Positions 37,968 to 48,085 of a stretch of 64,000 nt of DNA are shown piece after piece. Each line of letters starts with the position of its first letter. Position 1 is the first letter of the stretch. Both the position numbers and the translations under genes were made by a program. This stretch comes from a bacterium. GTDB lineage: Bacteria; Patescibacteriota; Microgenomatia; Levybacterales; UBA12049. Below the pieces are notes generated by a model. The model was not told where the DNA came from, ran no database searches, and saw only the letters and a program-made list of their open reading frames with translations. Where the stretch lies: the NCBI GenBank assembly GCA_021777565.1, contig JAJYDJ010000001.1, positions 24,431 through 88,430 of the forward strand, written 5' to 3'.

Positions 37968-39194
37968 ATGGGTATGTGGCGATTTTTAGAAAAACAGTGG
38001 AGCCAGGCTACACTAGGACTTCTTGCGGGGCGAACGATTGCTTCCTATGAAAGAGATTTTTTTACCTTAAAAACAGTCTCACTTCCAAAAACACAACTGG
38101 CAAAAGATTTGGAGAAACTTTGCAAGGAAAAAGATGGATTTTTAACGCTGGAAGAATTTTATCAAGAAGAATTGTATGGCGAGCATGGATATTACGCCAC
38201 CAAATATCGTAATGTGTTGACCAATACACCACCACGGTGGGCACACAGTATGTTGCACCTGTGTAAACTCTTTGGGTATCATTTTTTTGCAGAGCTTGGT
38301 CCGGGTGATGGAAGACTTGCCATTATGACACTCATTGAGGCAGAGAAAGCCAAGTACGATCTCTCCTGGGGTGGGGTAGAAATCGCTGCCCCGATGCGTG
38401 AGGCGATCACCCAAAACTTTAAAAAGTATGGCTTCACAGCAAAAAAAGAATTTCTTGTGTCACAGGTCAAAGATATGAAGGTGAAAGACCCGTGTCTTTT
38501 TATTTTCCCGTATGGACTTGATAGCATCTCACCTGAGGTTTTTATCAACACGTCAGAACATTTGGATGTGCCAGATAGTCTGGTTGGAGTGACGATTGAG
38601 AAGGGAATACTGACCGAAATTATTCTTTCACCCAAACAGTTAGCGTCTCGTGGGGTCAGTATCAAGAAGGGGATCTATGATGATGGGAAGATACAGGTAG
38701 ATCTTTCTTCTTGGAAATTAGTACCAATGCAGCGAGCATACATCGCGCCAAAAGTCTTGCATGCCGTGAAAGATGTGGTTGAAAAGCTTCCCAGCACCTC
38801 ACGACTCTGTATCATTGACGAGTTTCGAACAGATAGAGGCAATTATGTTTCAAGTCATTTACTAGCGCCACGTAATCTTCTGGCGACAGAACGCGATTGT
38901 GTGGATTTGGTGGATGGATATGAACGCATTGGCAAAACTGATTACTATTTTCCATTTTATCTCAAGTCATTCTTGGGATTTCTTAAATCTCTGGGGATAG
39001 AGGTCGAGTATGTTGACTCGGAGTATTATGCAGCGCAAATTCTCTCAACGGTCAAAGAACTGCCAAAAGAGACAAAACTTCCCGGGGCATATTCACAAGT
39101 AATTATTACTGCTCCCTTGAAAGGGAAAAAGCTTGCTGAGAAGCTGGATTTCCCACTTGACCCGAGCGATCTTCGTACCAGGATCAGATCCTGA
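37968..39194 (+). CDS. MidA-family (COG1565/DUF185) SAM-dependent methyltransferase-like protein, paralogue 1
   Basis: EELYGEHGYY and the motif-I-like FFAELGPGDGRLAIMTL (E.G.G.G.L) are MidA/NDUFAF7 hallmarks. Confidence 0.5.
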   Translation: MGMWRFLEKQWSQATLGLLAGRTIASYERDFFTLKTVSLPKTQLAKDLEKLCKEKDGFLTLEEFYQEELYGEHGYYATKYRNVLTNTPPRWAHSMLHLCKLFGYHFFAELGPGDGRLAIMTLIEAEKAKYDLSWGGVEIAAPMREAITQNFKKYGFTAKKEFLVSQVKDMKVKDPCLFIFPYGLDSISPEVFINTSEHLDVPDSLVGVTIEKGILTEIILSPKQLASRGVSIKKGIYDDGKIQVDLSSWKLVPMQRAYIAPKVLHAVKDVVEKLPSTSRLCIIDEFRTDRGNYVSSHLLAPRNLLATERDCVDLVDGYERIGKTDYYFPFYLKSFLGFLKSLGIEVEYVDSEYYAAQILSTVKELPKETKLPGAYSQVIITAPLKGKKLAEKLDFPLDPSDLRTRIRS

Positions 39195-39206
39195 TACAAT
39201 AGGTGC

Positions 39207-40415
39207 ATGAGTACTCGAGAAGAGCTGTCTCGCACCATCAGAAGTATCTTTCGTCCACTTCTTGCAGGGACACGCGTTAGTGATTTTCAAAAGAAATTCT
39301 ACGATCTCCAGACGGTCAAACTTCCGGATACGCTTCTTGTGCATGATCTCGAGGAGTTGTGTAGAAGAAATGGTGGGTTTTTGACCATGGGGGAGTTATA
39401 CCAGGAGGAATTGTATGGAACGCATGGGTATTATGCCAAAAAATCAAATACCGTGCTGACGGACACGCCATCTCGATGGGCTGATGGTATCGTGGCAATC
39501 TGCAAAGAGTTTGGTCTCACGCATTGTGTCGAGATTGGTCCTGGAGATGGGTCACTGGCACTCTCTATGCTTGCACAAGAGCCACAGCTTAACTGGAGTG
39601 GAGTAGAGATAGCAGGGGTACTGCGAGAGAAGATCGCTGAGAAGTTTCACAGTGCTGGTAGGCAGTACGACCAACTCGTAGAAAATGTCGGACAATTGCG
39701 ACAGAAAGATGCTGCCTTGTATCTTTTTGTGTATGCACTGGATAGTATGCCCCCAGAAGTGTTCATCAATACCGGAAAGAAAACGAGTGCCCCAAATGCA
39801 CTGCTTGGAGTGCGCATACAGAATGGGATGCTCCAGGAAGTAGTTTTATCTCACAAAGAATTAGCACAAAGAAAGATGTCTCTTGCAAAAGGTGTGATGA
39901 CGATTGGTGATGAGAGAATTGATCTTTCTTCCTGGCACCTTATGCCACAGCAGCGGGCATACATTCCAATGAGTTCTTTAGTACTTTTGTCCAAGACGGT
40001 TTCTCGTGCTCCCAAAGGGTCACGCATCTGTATTATTGATGAGTTTCGAAAAGATAAAGGCGCATATGTATCACCACACTTGTTGGTCCCTCGTGATCCG
40101 AGGCTTTATCGCAGAGACAAAACAAACATCCGCCAGAATTATGAACATATAGGGACTATAGATTATTACTTCCCCCAATACAGCTATTCGCTGCAGAAAT
40201 ATTTGGCATCTCTGGGTGTGTCCTGTGTTCTGGTAGATAGTGAGATGGCATTGAGCGCTTACATGAAAGCACATCATAAACTCCCGCGTAAGCCACTTGA
40301 TACTGAAAGTAAAACGCAATGTTTTATTACCAATACTATTGAAAAAAGGAAAAAGAAAGTAGTATATCCACTTCGACCAGAGGATATGCATACACACTCA
40401 AGTTGGGAATGGTGA
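39207..40415 (+). CDS. MidA-family SAM-dependent methyltransferase-like protein, paralogue 2
   Basis: About 40% identical to the upstream gene along its whole length (ELYGTHGYY, VEIGPGDGSLALSML, SRICIIDEFRKDKGAYVS). Confidence 0.5.
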   Translation: MSTREELSRTIRSIFRPLLAGTRVSDFQKKFYDLQTVKLPDTLLVHDLEELCRRNGGFLTMGELYQEELYGTHGYYAKKSNTVLTDTPSRWADGIVAICKEFGLTHCVEIGPGDGSLALSMLAQEPQLNWSGVEIAGVLREKIAEKFHSAGRQYDQLVENVGQLRQKDAALYLFVYALDSMPPEVFINTGKKTSAPNALLGVRIQNGMLQEVVLSHKELAQRKMSLAKGVMTIGDERIDLSSWHLMPQQRAYIPMSSLVLLSKTVSRAPKGSRICIIDEFRKDKGAYVSPHLLVPRDPRLYRRDKTNIRQNYEHIGTIDYYFPQYSYSLQKYLASLGVSCVLVDSEMALSAYMKAHHKLPRKPLDTESKTQCFITNTIEKRKKKVVYPLRPEDMHTHSSWEW

Positions 40416-40443
40416 GGGGATATGGTATCATTTCCCTAGGTTT

Positions 40444-40530
40444 GGAGAGGTGTCTGAGTGGTTGAAAGAGCCGCTCTCGAAAAGCGGTGTGGGAGTAATC
40501 TCATCGTGGGTTCGAATCCCACCCTCTCCG
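40444..40530 (+). tRNA. tRNA-Ser (anticodon CGA), long variable arm
   Basis: Acceptor ggagagg/cctctcc. Anticodon stem ccgct/agcgg with loop ctCGAaa. An 18-nt variable arm. T-arm gtggg-ttcgaat-cccac. Confidence 0.75.
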
Positions 40531-40531
40531 C

Positions 40532-41062
40532 ATGTATTTTATAACGGGTAGTCAAGGAAAATTTGAAGAAGCAAAACGAATACTGCCTGATCTCAAGCAA
40601 CTAGATATCGACTTGCCAGAGATTCAAGAAATGGATCCTCAGGCTATTATCAAGGCAAAGCTTCAGGCTGCCTTTGAGCATCATCAAGGACCGTTTATGG
40701 TTGAAGATACTTCTTTGTCCTGTGAGGGCTTAGGAGGGCTTCCAGGGCCCCTTATTAAGTGGTTTCTTAAGGCTCTTGGTCCATCCGGCACTGCCAAACT
40801 TGCCCTGCAATCAGGCAACACACAGGCCGTTGCACGCACGTGTGTTGGGTATGCACAAAATCCCACAGATATTCATTTTTTTGAAGGCACCATTGCGGGC
40901 ACGATCGTTGCGCCACGAGGAGAATTTGGCTTTGGGTGGGATAGCATCTTTCTTCCAGATGGATTTACCAAAACATTTGGTGAAATGACACGCGATCAGA
41001 AACAAGAGATCAGTATGCGAGCAATTGCCGTAGGAGCTTTGAAAGACTTCTTAACGAGTTAG
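40532..41062 (+). CDS. rdgB: Non-canonical purine NTP pyrophosphatase (RdgB/Ham1 family)
   Basis: The FGFGWDSIFLP...T.GEM block (Ham1 GFGYDPIF) and the N-terminal D/E pattern are typical. Starts 2 nt after tRNA-Ser. Confidence 0.7.
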   Translation: MYFITGSQGKFEEAKRILPDLKQLDIDLPEIQEMDPQAIIKAKLQAAFEHHQGPFMVEDTSLSCEGLGGLPGPLIKWFLKALGPSGTAKLALQSGNTQAVARTCVGYAQNPTDIHFFEGTIAGTIVAPRGEFGFGWDSIFLPDGFTKTFGEMTRDQKQEISMRAIAVGALKDFLTS

Positions 41063-42318
41063 TGAGTGTAACTCAGGCCGTATTGACCCATGGACCTTCT
41101 GAGGAGATTGTAGTCAATGCCATCAATGGAACCATCGTCATTTAAGTCAGAGTACAAACCAAAGGTGGAATCATAGTAAAAAATGTTTTTGTCAGGAATA
41201 CTCATGGCAGCTTGGCAGTTTGGATCAAGTGATGCTGGTGTGTTGGTGCAGTGTAACATGTAGGTATTTAACCAGAGATTGTAGTCTGCTGTGTCAATGG
41301 CATTGTCTCCGTTAATGTCTCCAACAGAGAGAAGTGGTGTCTTTGAAGGATCAGCTGGTACTTTGATGGGAGAAGGATTGGAAGCATTCTCAGTCTGACC
41401 AGAACCAGTGTTGGGATCGGTGGTAATAGAACCATCAGCATTTACGGTAAATGGATCATTGTCATCAAGAAGGCTCTCAATGGTCAGGTTTGGGAATCGT
41501 ATGGCAGTGTAGTATGTTCCAGGATACAGAGCAACCGTCACTTGTGTGTTCTGGTATACATCAAGAGATGCATTGAAAGGGAAGGTAACCTTCATGCTCT
41601 TGGCAATAATCTTGTTGGTGATGTCCTTGTAAAAGGTAAGGACAACAGTACGTGGTTGAATACCAGTTAATCCACTTCCAGGAGAGCCATCACCATTCAG
41701 TTGGAGATTGTAACGATCAATACCCATAACGTGAGCAGCAATACTTAACTTTACAGGGAAAGGAGCAGGAGTAGCCGTCGGACCAGAAGGAGTAGGTGAT
41801 GGGGTTGGTGAGGGTGAAGGAGTAGGAGTTGGGGTATTGGCACAATTTGGAACCGTTGCTCCAAAATCAGCAGTATACCCGGTGGTGATACCCGAACCCC
41901 CTTCTGATTTTGGTACCCCACCAGTAATTTTCCCTCCAATATATTCACCTGGTGAGAGTGGTGCATTATCCTGTCCCGCACTCCCATCATTACCAAACGG
42001 AGGAGTTTTCATAGCAAAGGAAGTTACATTCCCAACATGGAATTGATACCAGTTGTTATTTCGACTATAAACGATATTGAAACTCGTATCTCCATAATTA
42101 TTACTCCAGTTCCATGTCATAACTGGTGAGTTGCCAGAACAGGATGGCGTTAGTGCTAATGTATTACATTCATATTTTCCGCTGTAGCTGCTACATGGGT
42201 ATGCTTCTGCTGCATAGGATTTTGCGATCGGAGCATTTGATACGGATGCCGCTGGGACAATATTTACGACCAAAAGGAGGATAGTCAGAACTGCGAGAGT
42301 ACTTTTAACAATGAACAT
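41059..42318 (-). CDS. Secreted protein with Pro/Thr/Ser linker and a C-terminal type-I dockerin-like domain
   Basis: Signal peptide. TPTPTPSPSPTPSPTPSGPTATPAP linker. Two dockerin repeats GDINGDNAIDTADYNLWL and DLNDDGSIDGIDYNLLRRS match DxNxDGxIDxxDxxxL. Confidence 0.55.
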   Translation of the reverse strand: MFIVKSTLAVLTILLLVVNIVPAASVSNAPIAKSYAAEAYPCSSYSGKYECNTLALTPSCSGNSPVMTWNWSNNYGDTSFNIVYSRNNNWYQFHVGNVTSFAMKTPPFGNDGSAGQDNAPLSPGEYIGGKITGGVPKSEGGSGITTGYTADFGATVPNCANTPTPTPSPSPTPSPTPSGPTATPAPFPVKLSIAAHVMGIDRYNLQLNGDGSPGSGLTGIQPRTVVLTFYKDITNKIIAKSMKVTFPFNASLDVYQNTQVTVALYPGTYYTAIRFPNLTIESLLDDNDPFTVNADGSITTDPNTGSGQTENASNPSPIKVPADPSKTPLLSVGDINGDNAIDTADYNLWLNTYMLHCTNTPASLDPNCQAAMSIPDKNIFYYDSTFGLYSDLNDDGSIDGIDYNLLRRSMGQYGLSYTH

Positions 42319-42358
42319 ATATCTCTAGTATATCCACTGAAGAGTTTGGAGTGCAAGA

Positions 42359-43588
42359 CTATCTAAGATTAATGGTATAGAGGTTTGGCACAATCTCTGA
42401 GTTGCCAAGATTGGTCAAGATCACGATCTTACTTCCTGTTGGCCAGGGGATGGCAAATCCATCGACAAATGGTCCGGCATAGAGGATATGTTGGTTGCTT
42501 CCATCACTATCAACAACGGTAACTTGTTTGTTTTGGACATAGACGATGTGTCGACTATCGAAAAACCAGTGTGGCATGATGTCAGGCCCGACACTTACAG
42601 GAAGAGCAAAATTCTTGTCCTCTTTAATACTGTAAACGTAGAATGTCCCTGGCTGAAGGACGCGCTGTTGGGTAACGGTGTTACTGTCTGGTAATGGCTT
42701 CATCATCGGTTCTAGTGTTGCAGCCTGTGTCGCTTGATAGAAGATCTGAGAATCATCTGGTGACCAGACCAGGTTGGCTGCGTTGGTACTTAAAAAGGTT
42801 CTCAGAGAAAGAGGAAGGGCACTCAGCTTTGCTGTTATCTTATCTTCTCGGTCTTTTGCCCAGCCATTGGTGACATCAGCATAGGTTTCAGTAATATCCT
42901 GTGGGGTGCTATTAAATGAAGTGGCATCCAAAAGATACTGGACTGGTTTGGCATTTGCCTTGGCACTCATACTGGCAACCAACTTGGTCCCGTCTGGTGA
43001 CCAGGAGAGCTGGGACTGAGAAAATGTGTCAGTAGTATCGTCTGTGATCTGTTGCGAGCCACTTTGTAACGTTAGTAGCATGTTGTTATTCATGTTGAGG
43101 ACATAGACTCCATTTTTCTTGGCTGATTGAGAGGCGACGGTGTAGGCAATTTTTGTTCCTGATGGGTCAACAACTGGATTGCTGACACCAAGCTCAGTAA
43201 TATTCTCAAGTTGTGGAGCGATGGGGAAGAGATAGGCAGTAAGTTTGGTGACTACTTCTTGGTTGACCTTCACGGTGCGCTCCCATGGCAGGTATCCATC
43301 CTTTTTAATAGAAACATCATACGTATCTGGAGCGAGATTAATAGTGTTATTGGTTGCGGTCGTGAGATGGCCGTTGATGAACACTTCAGCCCCGTCAGGA
43401 TCACTGGTCACGACCAGTATGCCACTCCCGGTAAGTTGAGGTTTACCCGTGTTGAAGGACAACTGGTACCCACGTGCATAAAGAATTACCACCAGTGTCG
43501 CAACCGCAAGAAAAAGAAGGGTCGCAATAGGCATGATAATGTTCCAGCGCATAGGGTTATTATATCTCTTGTCCTTACAATAGTCCAA
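42359..43588 (-). CDS. Membrane-anchored beta-propeller (TolB/PD40-like) protein
   Basis: N-terminal transmembrane helix. Repeated SPDG/WSPD motifs (LSWSPDGTKLVAS, LVWSPDDSQIFYQ) are typical of PD40 blades. Confidence 0.45.
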   Translation of the reverse strand: MDYCKDKRYNNPMRWNIIMPIATLLFLAVATLVVILYARGYQLSFNTGKPQLTGSGILVVTSDPDGAEVFINGHLTTATNNTINLAPDTYDVSIKKDGYLPWERTVKVNQEVVTKLTAYLFPIAPQLENITELGVSNPVVDPSGTKIAYTVASQSAKKNGVYVLNMNNNMLLTLQSGSQQITDDTTDTFSQSQLSWSPDGTKLVASMSAKANAKPVQYLLDATSFNSTPQDITETYADVTNGWAKDREDKITAKLSALPLSLRTFLSTNAANLVWSPDDSQIFYQATQAATLEPMMKPLPDSNTVTQQRVLQPGTFYVYSIKEDKNFALPVSVGPDIMPHWFFDSRHIVYVQNKQVTVVDSDGSNQHILYAGPFVDGFAIPWPTGSKIVILTNLGNSEIVPNLYTINLR

Positions 43589-43717
43589 TTACGGACACAT
43601 ATTCAAGCGTCATCTCATGTTTGCACTCCTGCGTTTTATTGTTATAATCAGATAAGCGAAAATATAGAGATTCTGATACAGTAATAATGTATTCTGATCT
43701 ATTCGCCAATACATATT

Positions 43718-44737
43718 ATGCTTTCAAAACGTATTGGTATTGATTTAGGGACTGCAAACACACTGGTTTATCTTGCTGGAGAAGGAAGAATTGTGCTCAA
43801 TGAGCCTACGGTCGTGGCTGTCACCGCAGAAGAAAATCAGGTGGTCGCTGTGGGAACAGAAGCCAAGGAAATGCTTGGGAGAACTCCGGGGAACATTGTG
43901 GCACTCAGACCGCTCAAGGATGGCGTTATCGCTGACTACACGATCACACAGGCCATGCTTTCATACTTTATTGATAAAGCCTGTGGCCGCTCTCGTTTTT
44001 TCAAACCTGAAGTCATGATCTGTATCCCATCAGGAGTTACTCAGGTCGAGCGTCGTGCAGTCTATGATGCGGCAATTGCTGCTGGTGCACGCGCGGTCTA
44101 TCTCATTGACGAACCGCTCGCTGCTGCCATTGGTGCCAAAATCCCTATCGCACAGCCTGCAGGGCATATGATTGTCGACATTGGTGGAGGCTCAGTCGAG
44201 GCTGCCGTTATCTCACTGGGTGGTGTCGTCGTGCATAACAGTGTGCGTATGGCTGGCAACAAGATCGATGAAGCAATTGCAAACTATCTCAAGAAGAAAT
44301 GTAACCTCCTGATCGGGGAGCGCACGGCTGAAGAGATCAAGATCGCCATCGGTAATGCCTTCACCGAGGGTATGAAGGAAGCAGATATCCGTACGATGGA
44401 GGTACGCGGGCGGGATAGTATCACCGGACTTCCACGAAGCGTTGAAGTTACTGAGTTGCAAATCAACGAGGCTATCAAGCCTGTCCTTGTGGAGATGGTC
44501 AATGGTGTGAAGAAAGTACTTGAAGACACCCCACCTGAGATGGCAAGTGACATTATAAACAAGGGGATCGTGCTCAGTGGAGGCACCGCACAGCTGTACA
44601 ACCTCGACCGTTTTGTGCGTGAACAGACTGGTGTCCCTTGCCATGTTGCTGAGGACCCACTTTTGTGCGTGGCTCGTGGGACAGGCATAGCGCTTGAGAA
44701 TCTTGAGCTCTACAAACGCAGTATTACCAAACGCTAG
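43718..44737 (+). CDS. mreB: Rod-shape-determining actin homologue MreB
   Basis: IGIDLGTANTLVY, MIVDIGGGSVE and VLSGGTAQL are the actin-fold phosphate 1, phosphate 2 and adenosine motifs. 339 aa. Confidence 0.85.
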   Translation: MLSKRIGIDLGTANTLVYLAGEGRIVLNEPTVVAVTAEENQVVAVGTEAKEMLGRTPGNIVALRPLKDGVIADYTITQAMLSYFIDKACGRSRFFKPEVMICIPSGVTQVERRAVYDAAIAAGARAVYLIDEPLAAAIGAKIPIAQPAGHMIVDIGGGSVEAAVISLGGVVVHNSVRMAGNKIDEAIANYLKKKCNLLIGERTAEEIKIAIGNAFTEGMKEADIRTMEVRGRDSITGLPRSVEVTELQINEAIKPVLVEMVNGVKKVLEDTPPEMASDIINKGIVLSGGTAQLYNLDRFVREQTGVPCHVAEDPLLCVARGTGIALENLELYKRSITKR

Positions 44738-45272
44738 GCTCCAAATCTTTAATAATTTTCACAGAATAAATAGCCTAAAGTAATATGCCTCATTTGGCTT
44801 AAAAAAGACCACTTTTTCAACAGGAAGTACTCGTTTTTACCCTTTCATTAAGACGATCGACAAGTTGAGAAACGTGCACAATTTTTACTCTCTTCCTGGC
44901 AATACCCGTGGGAGTACTGGCACAGAAGCGTCCTATATATGCAAAGTTCAGTATTGTGAAAACTTTTGACAAAAAATATCATTTTGACATCAAAAATCTT
45001 ATAAGACATATCAGGGAAACAAGTTTTTGAAAATTCACTAGCTCTGAAGACACAAAAAGAGAGGAGAGAGAAACGCCAAAATTTGGTGTTAGAAAGAGTA
45101 TTTTAGATTGATTTAACGACCAAATTGTCAAGTCAAGAGAATTTAGCAATCTTAAGCAATGAGTGCTAAATTGGGGGGTATTCCAAGAATTATCGGATGT
45201 AACTTTAATCTCTTTCCAGTGAGAAATTCCTGACATGCGCTTCTTTTGCCAGTTTTGCTATACTGAAAAGGT

Positions 45273-46061
45273 ATGCAGGTTGAGATCCTCGGTATCCCGG
45301 TGACGTTCATTAAGCATGAAAAGGCGCTTGTGATGATATCTGAACGTGCCAAAGCCTCAAAGGAAAAACAACCTTTCTTCATTATAACCGCAAATCCTGA
45401 GTTTTTACTCTATGCCAGAGAGCATGAAGGATTTAGAGAAGCTATGCTTGCTGCAGACTTAGTGCTTCCTGATGGGGTAGCGCTTGCTCAGGCACGATAC
45501 TTCCTGGAATCAAGGCCAAAAAATTTCCTTCAAAAGCTTTCACTCGCCTGCGTCATTTGCCTCAAAACCGTGAAAGGTGACTTTCACCAAGATAAAGTAA
45601 CTGGAGTTGCCTTGGTAAAAGATCTCCTGCAAGATCAGGCGCTGTCAGTATTCTTACTGGGAGGAAGGGAAAAAGTCGGGGAGATCGTGGCACAGAAGTA
45701 TCAGAGACCCTTCTTTGAAGGGCCAATGCGTATTAAGAAGGCAACCCGTGAGGAGCACGAAACGATTCTGGAGAAGGTGAAGGAGGTACGTCCTGAGGTA
45801 CTTCTCGTCTCATTTGGGCACTTCTCGCAGGAGTTGTGGATTCATGAGCATCTTCGTGATCTTGCCTGTCAGGTGGTCATAGGAGTGGGGAGCACGTTTG
45901 ATGAGCTAGCTGGTCGTGGATACTGGTCGAAGCAAGTCCCTGGTGTCTTTGAAAAAGCTGGACTCAAATGGCTGTGGAGACTGTTGCATGACAGGAGTCA
46001 TTTTATTCGTGTGTGGAAAGCGGTGATAGTATTCCCTTGGGTCATTGCGTTCGGTTCATAA
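45273..46061 (+). CDS. WecB/TagA/CpsF-family glycosyltransferase
   Basis: VEILGIPVTFIKHEKALVMI....FFIITANPEFLLYAREHEGFREAMLAADLVLPDGVALAQ matches the family closely. Confidence 0.7.
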   Translation: MQVEILGIPVTFIKHEKALVMISERAKASKEKQPFFIITANPEFLLYAREHEGFREAMLAADLVLPDGVALAQARYFLESRPKNFLQKLSLACVICLKTVKGDFHQDKVTGVALVKDLLQDQALSVFLLGGREKVGEIVAQKYQRPFFEGPMRIKKATREEHETILEKVKEVRPEVLLVSFGHFSQELWIHEHLRDLACQVVIGVGSTFDELAGRGYWSKQVPGVFEKAGLKWLWRLLHDRSHFIRVWKAVIVFPWVIAFGS

Positions 46062-46100
46062 GATCTTTGCGCGGGACAGATTGTTTGCTATGCTAGCTAT

Positions 46101-46976
46101 ATGGCAAGTTTTGAATTCTTAGAAGATGCGTCACACCAGTCTGTGATCCTTGCCCCCAGACGCGCCAGACGTCCCAGACGAGGGAAAGAAGCTCCTAAAA
46201 AAGAATGTCCATTCTGTCACATACATCAGGAAGAAGTCATAGAGAAAGTCCACCTGGAAGATGTTGGTTACGAAAAGACGGGTCAGGAGTGGGATTTGTT
46301 GGTGATGCAGAATAAATTTCCATTTGCGACCCATCATGAAATGATCATCCACAGCCCAGATCATAAGAAGAATATTGATGAACTTCCTGAAATGTACACG
46401 GTGGCACTGTTAAGAACATTTCAACAACGTATGCGACTTCATGCAGAACACGGTCGTGTTATTTGTTTTCATAACTTTGGTGATCGCAGTGGGGCAAGTT
46501 TGAGCCATCCACATAGTCAGGTGGTTGTTGTTCCAGAATCGGTACCTTTTAGTATGACGCATGCGCCACGAGAAGTAGGTGAGTATGGATTTGCTCCAGT
46601 GGATGGTATCAGTCTGGTATGTCCTCACGCATCACAATGGCCTGATGAGACGTGGGTTATTGACCATGCAGAGAGTTCTTTTGCACACATGTCGCCTCAA
46701 AAAATAAAATACATGGCACATGTGCTTCGTCGTGCTATCCAGCTTCTGGTTCTGCGCCATGGAGTTGGCTTCTCATACAACTTTTATGTGAGCACTGATG
46801 CGCCTGCCTACATTCGTATTGTGCCACGCGTGAAGCGTATTGGTGGGTTTGAACTTGCAACTGGTATCTTTGTAAACACGCAAGATCCTGCAGAGACAGT
46901 GGCATTCCTGAAGGAACATTTCAATAAGGTGACATTACAAAAGGGATACAAAGCGAAGTATAAGAAGGCAGTTTAA
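46101..46976 (+). CDS. Galactose-1-phosphate uridylyltransferase-like HIT-superfamily nucleotidyltransferase
   Basis: N-terminal CPFC...H zinc site and the HPHSQ block (GalT HPHGQ). 291 aa. Confidence 0.5.
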   Translation: MASFEFLEDASHQSVILAPRRARRPRRGKEAPKKECPFCHIHQEEVIEKVHLEDVGYEKTGQEWDLLVMQNKFPFATHHEMIIHSPDHKKNIDELPEMYTVALLRTFQQRMRLHAEHGRVICFHNFGDRSGASLSHPHSQVVVVPESVPFSMTHAPREVGEYGFAPVDGISLVCPHASQWPDETWVIDHAESSFAHMSPQKIKYMAHVLRRAIQLLVLRHGVGFSYNFYVSTDAPAYIRIVPRVKRIGGFELATGIFVNTQDPAETVAFLKEHFNKVTLQKGYKAKYKKAV

Positions 46977-47185
46977 ATTTGGCCTTTTGCTTGCATGCCA
47001 AGCATGTAGAGAACAGCTTCTTTTTTATAGCGGCGATCGCCACGAGAGTTGATGCGGATAGCTGGAAGTTTTCCTCGCTTACCCCAACGCTTGATGGTGA
47101 GTACTGATACGCGCAAGATTTGTGCAACTTCTTTGACAGTGAGAAGATCTGGTAAGTTATCGATTGATAGTGTTTGATTCGCCAT
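46973..47185 (-). CDS. Excisionase/MerR-like HTH_17 DNA-binding protein
   Basis: LLTVKEVAQILRVSVLTIKRWGKRGKLPAIRI is the classic HTH_17 pattern (Xis/AlpA type). Confidence 0.6.
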   Translation of the reverse strand: MANQTLSIDNLPDLLTVKEVAQILRVSVLTIKRWGKRGKLPAIRINSRGDRRYKKEAVLYMLGMQAKGQI

Positions 47186-47269
47186 AGCCTTAAGAGTATA
47201 TCAATGTGAATATATCTAGTTACAAAGATACTAAATTATGCGTAATAAGTCAAGAAGAAAAACGTATTT

Positions 47270-48085
47270 TTATGCAGCAGTAAATGCAGGTTTTGGACTA
47301 ACAAGTCTACGTAAACTCCATCCTGGTTTTGCATCTGTTGTCTCATCTGTTGTCCATGATTCACTAGGACCTCCTAAACTCTTTTCCAACGCTTTCACAA
47401 TAGGAGTGAGATGCTGGTATTGAATGCCTGAAAGAAGGTTGCGTGCAATGCGATACGCAAAGAGATTAGTTGTATCCAGCAGAAGTGTTTCATTACTTTG
47501 TGAATCGATAACAAAAATCTCACCGCTGAGAGTAATCTGGAAAGAAAAGTGTCCATGAGTCAGCGTAACAGATTCTAGTCCTTTCGCTCCATACTGAACT
47601 TGCATGGTTCCAATAGGTTCATCAGCAGCATCAAGCATGTGATAGTGAAGTGCTCGTGTCCCACCAGCACCGTCAGTCGTCTCTGCCACTCTCTGCAGTC
47701 CGCCTGGGAACGTTTGGTGAGGGAAGACGAGATCGGCATACTTGCGCGCGCGAGCATTATCATCATTTGTAATGGCTGCAAGATGCTCGATAGTCGCTGC
47801 AATATCAGGGGGACACGTAGGGACTGATTTTGTCATGTAATCAGTCAAGACGATTGGCCGAATAGCTGAGTTGAGCAAGGTAAATCGTGCTGCCATGATG
47901 GTTCCACCAGTGTCAATGAATACTCCTTGACCATGAGAGTAATACGCATCTCTCGCAGGCTGAAGCATTTGGTAGGGGTCACCAAGAAGAAGGCCCTCAT
48001 CAGTCTCTGCAAAGACTACCATGGTGCAGCCTTGTGGCTGGGCACTTGCTTCTGGGCCTGTTGTCTGTGTCTCGACAGTTGCCAT
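47270..48085 (-). CDS. Hypothetical protein, GC-rich
   Basis: 271-aa ORF at about 55% GC, in an operon-like arrangement with the excisionase-like gene. Confidence 0.4.
   Translation of the reverse strand: MATVETQTTGPEASAQPQGCTMVVFAETDEGLLLGDPYQMLQPARDAYYSHGQGVFIDTGGTIMAARFTLLNSAIRPIVLTDYMTKSVPTCPPDIAATIEHLAAITNDDNARARKYADLVFPHQTFPGGLQRVAETTDGAGGTRALHYHMLDAADEPIGTMQVQYGAKGLESVTLTHGHFSFQITLSGEIFVIDSQSNETLLLDTTNLFAYRIARNLLSGIQYQHLTPIVKALEKSLGGPSESWTTDETTDAKPGWSLRRLVSPKPAFTAA

Noticed and set aside
44213-44688. Two minus-strand ORFs (143 and 134 aa) inside mreB
   Set aside because: Antisense to a highly conserved gene.
44738-45272. 535-nt AT-rich intergenic region between mreB and the WecB-like gene, considered for an ncRNA or promoter elements
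   Set aside because: I could not identify a convincing conserved structure or motif by eye. No evidence was found either way, so it is left unannotated.
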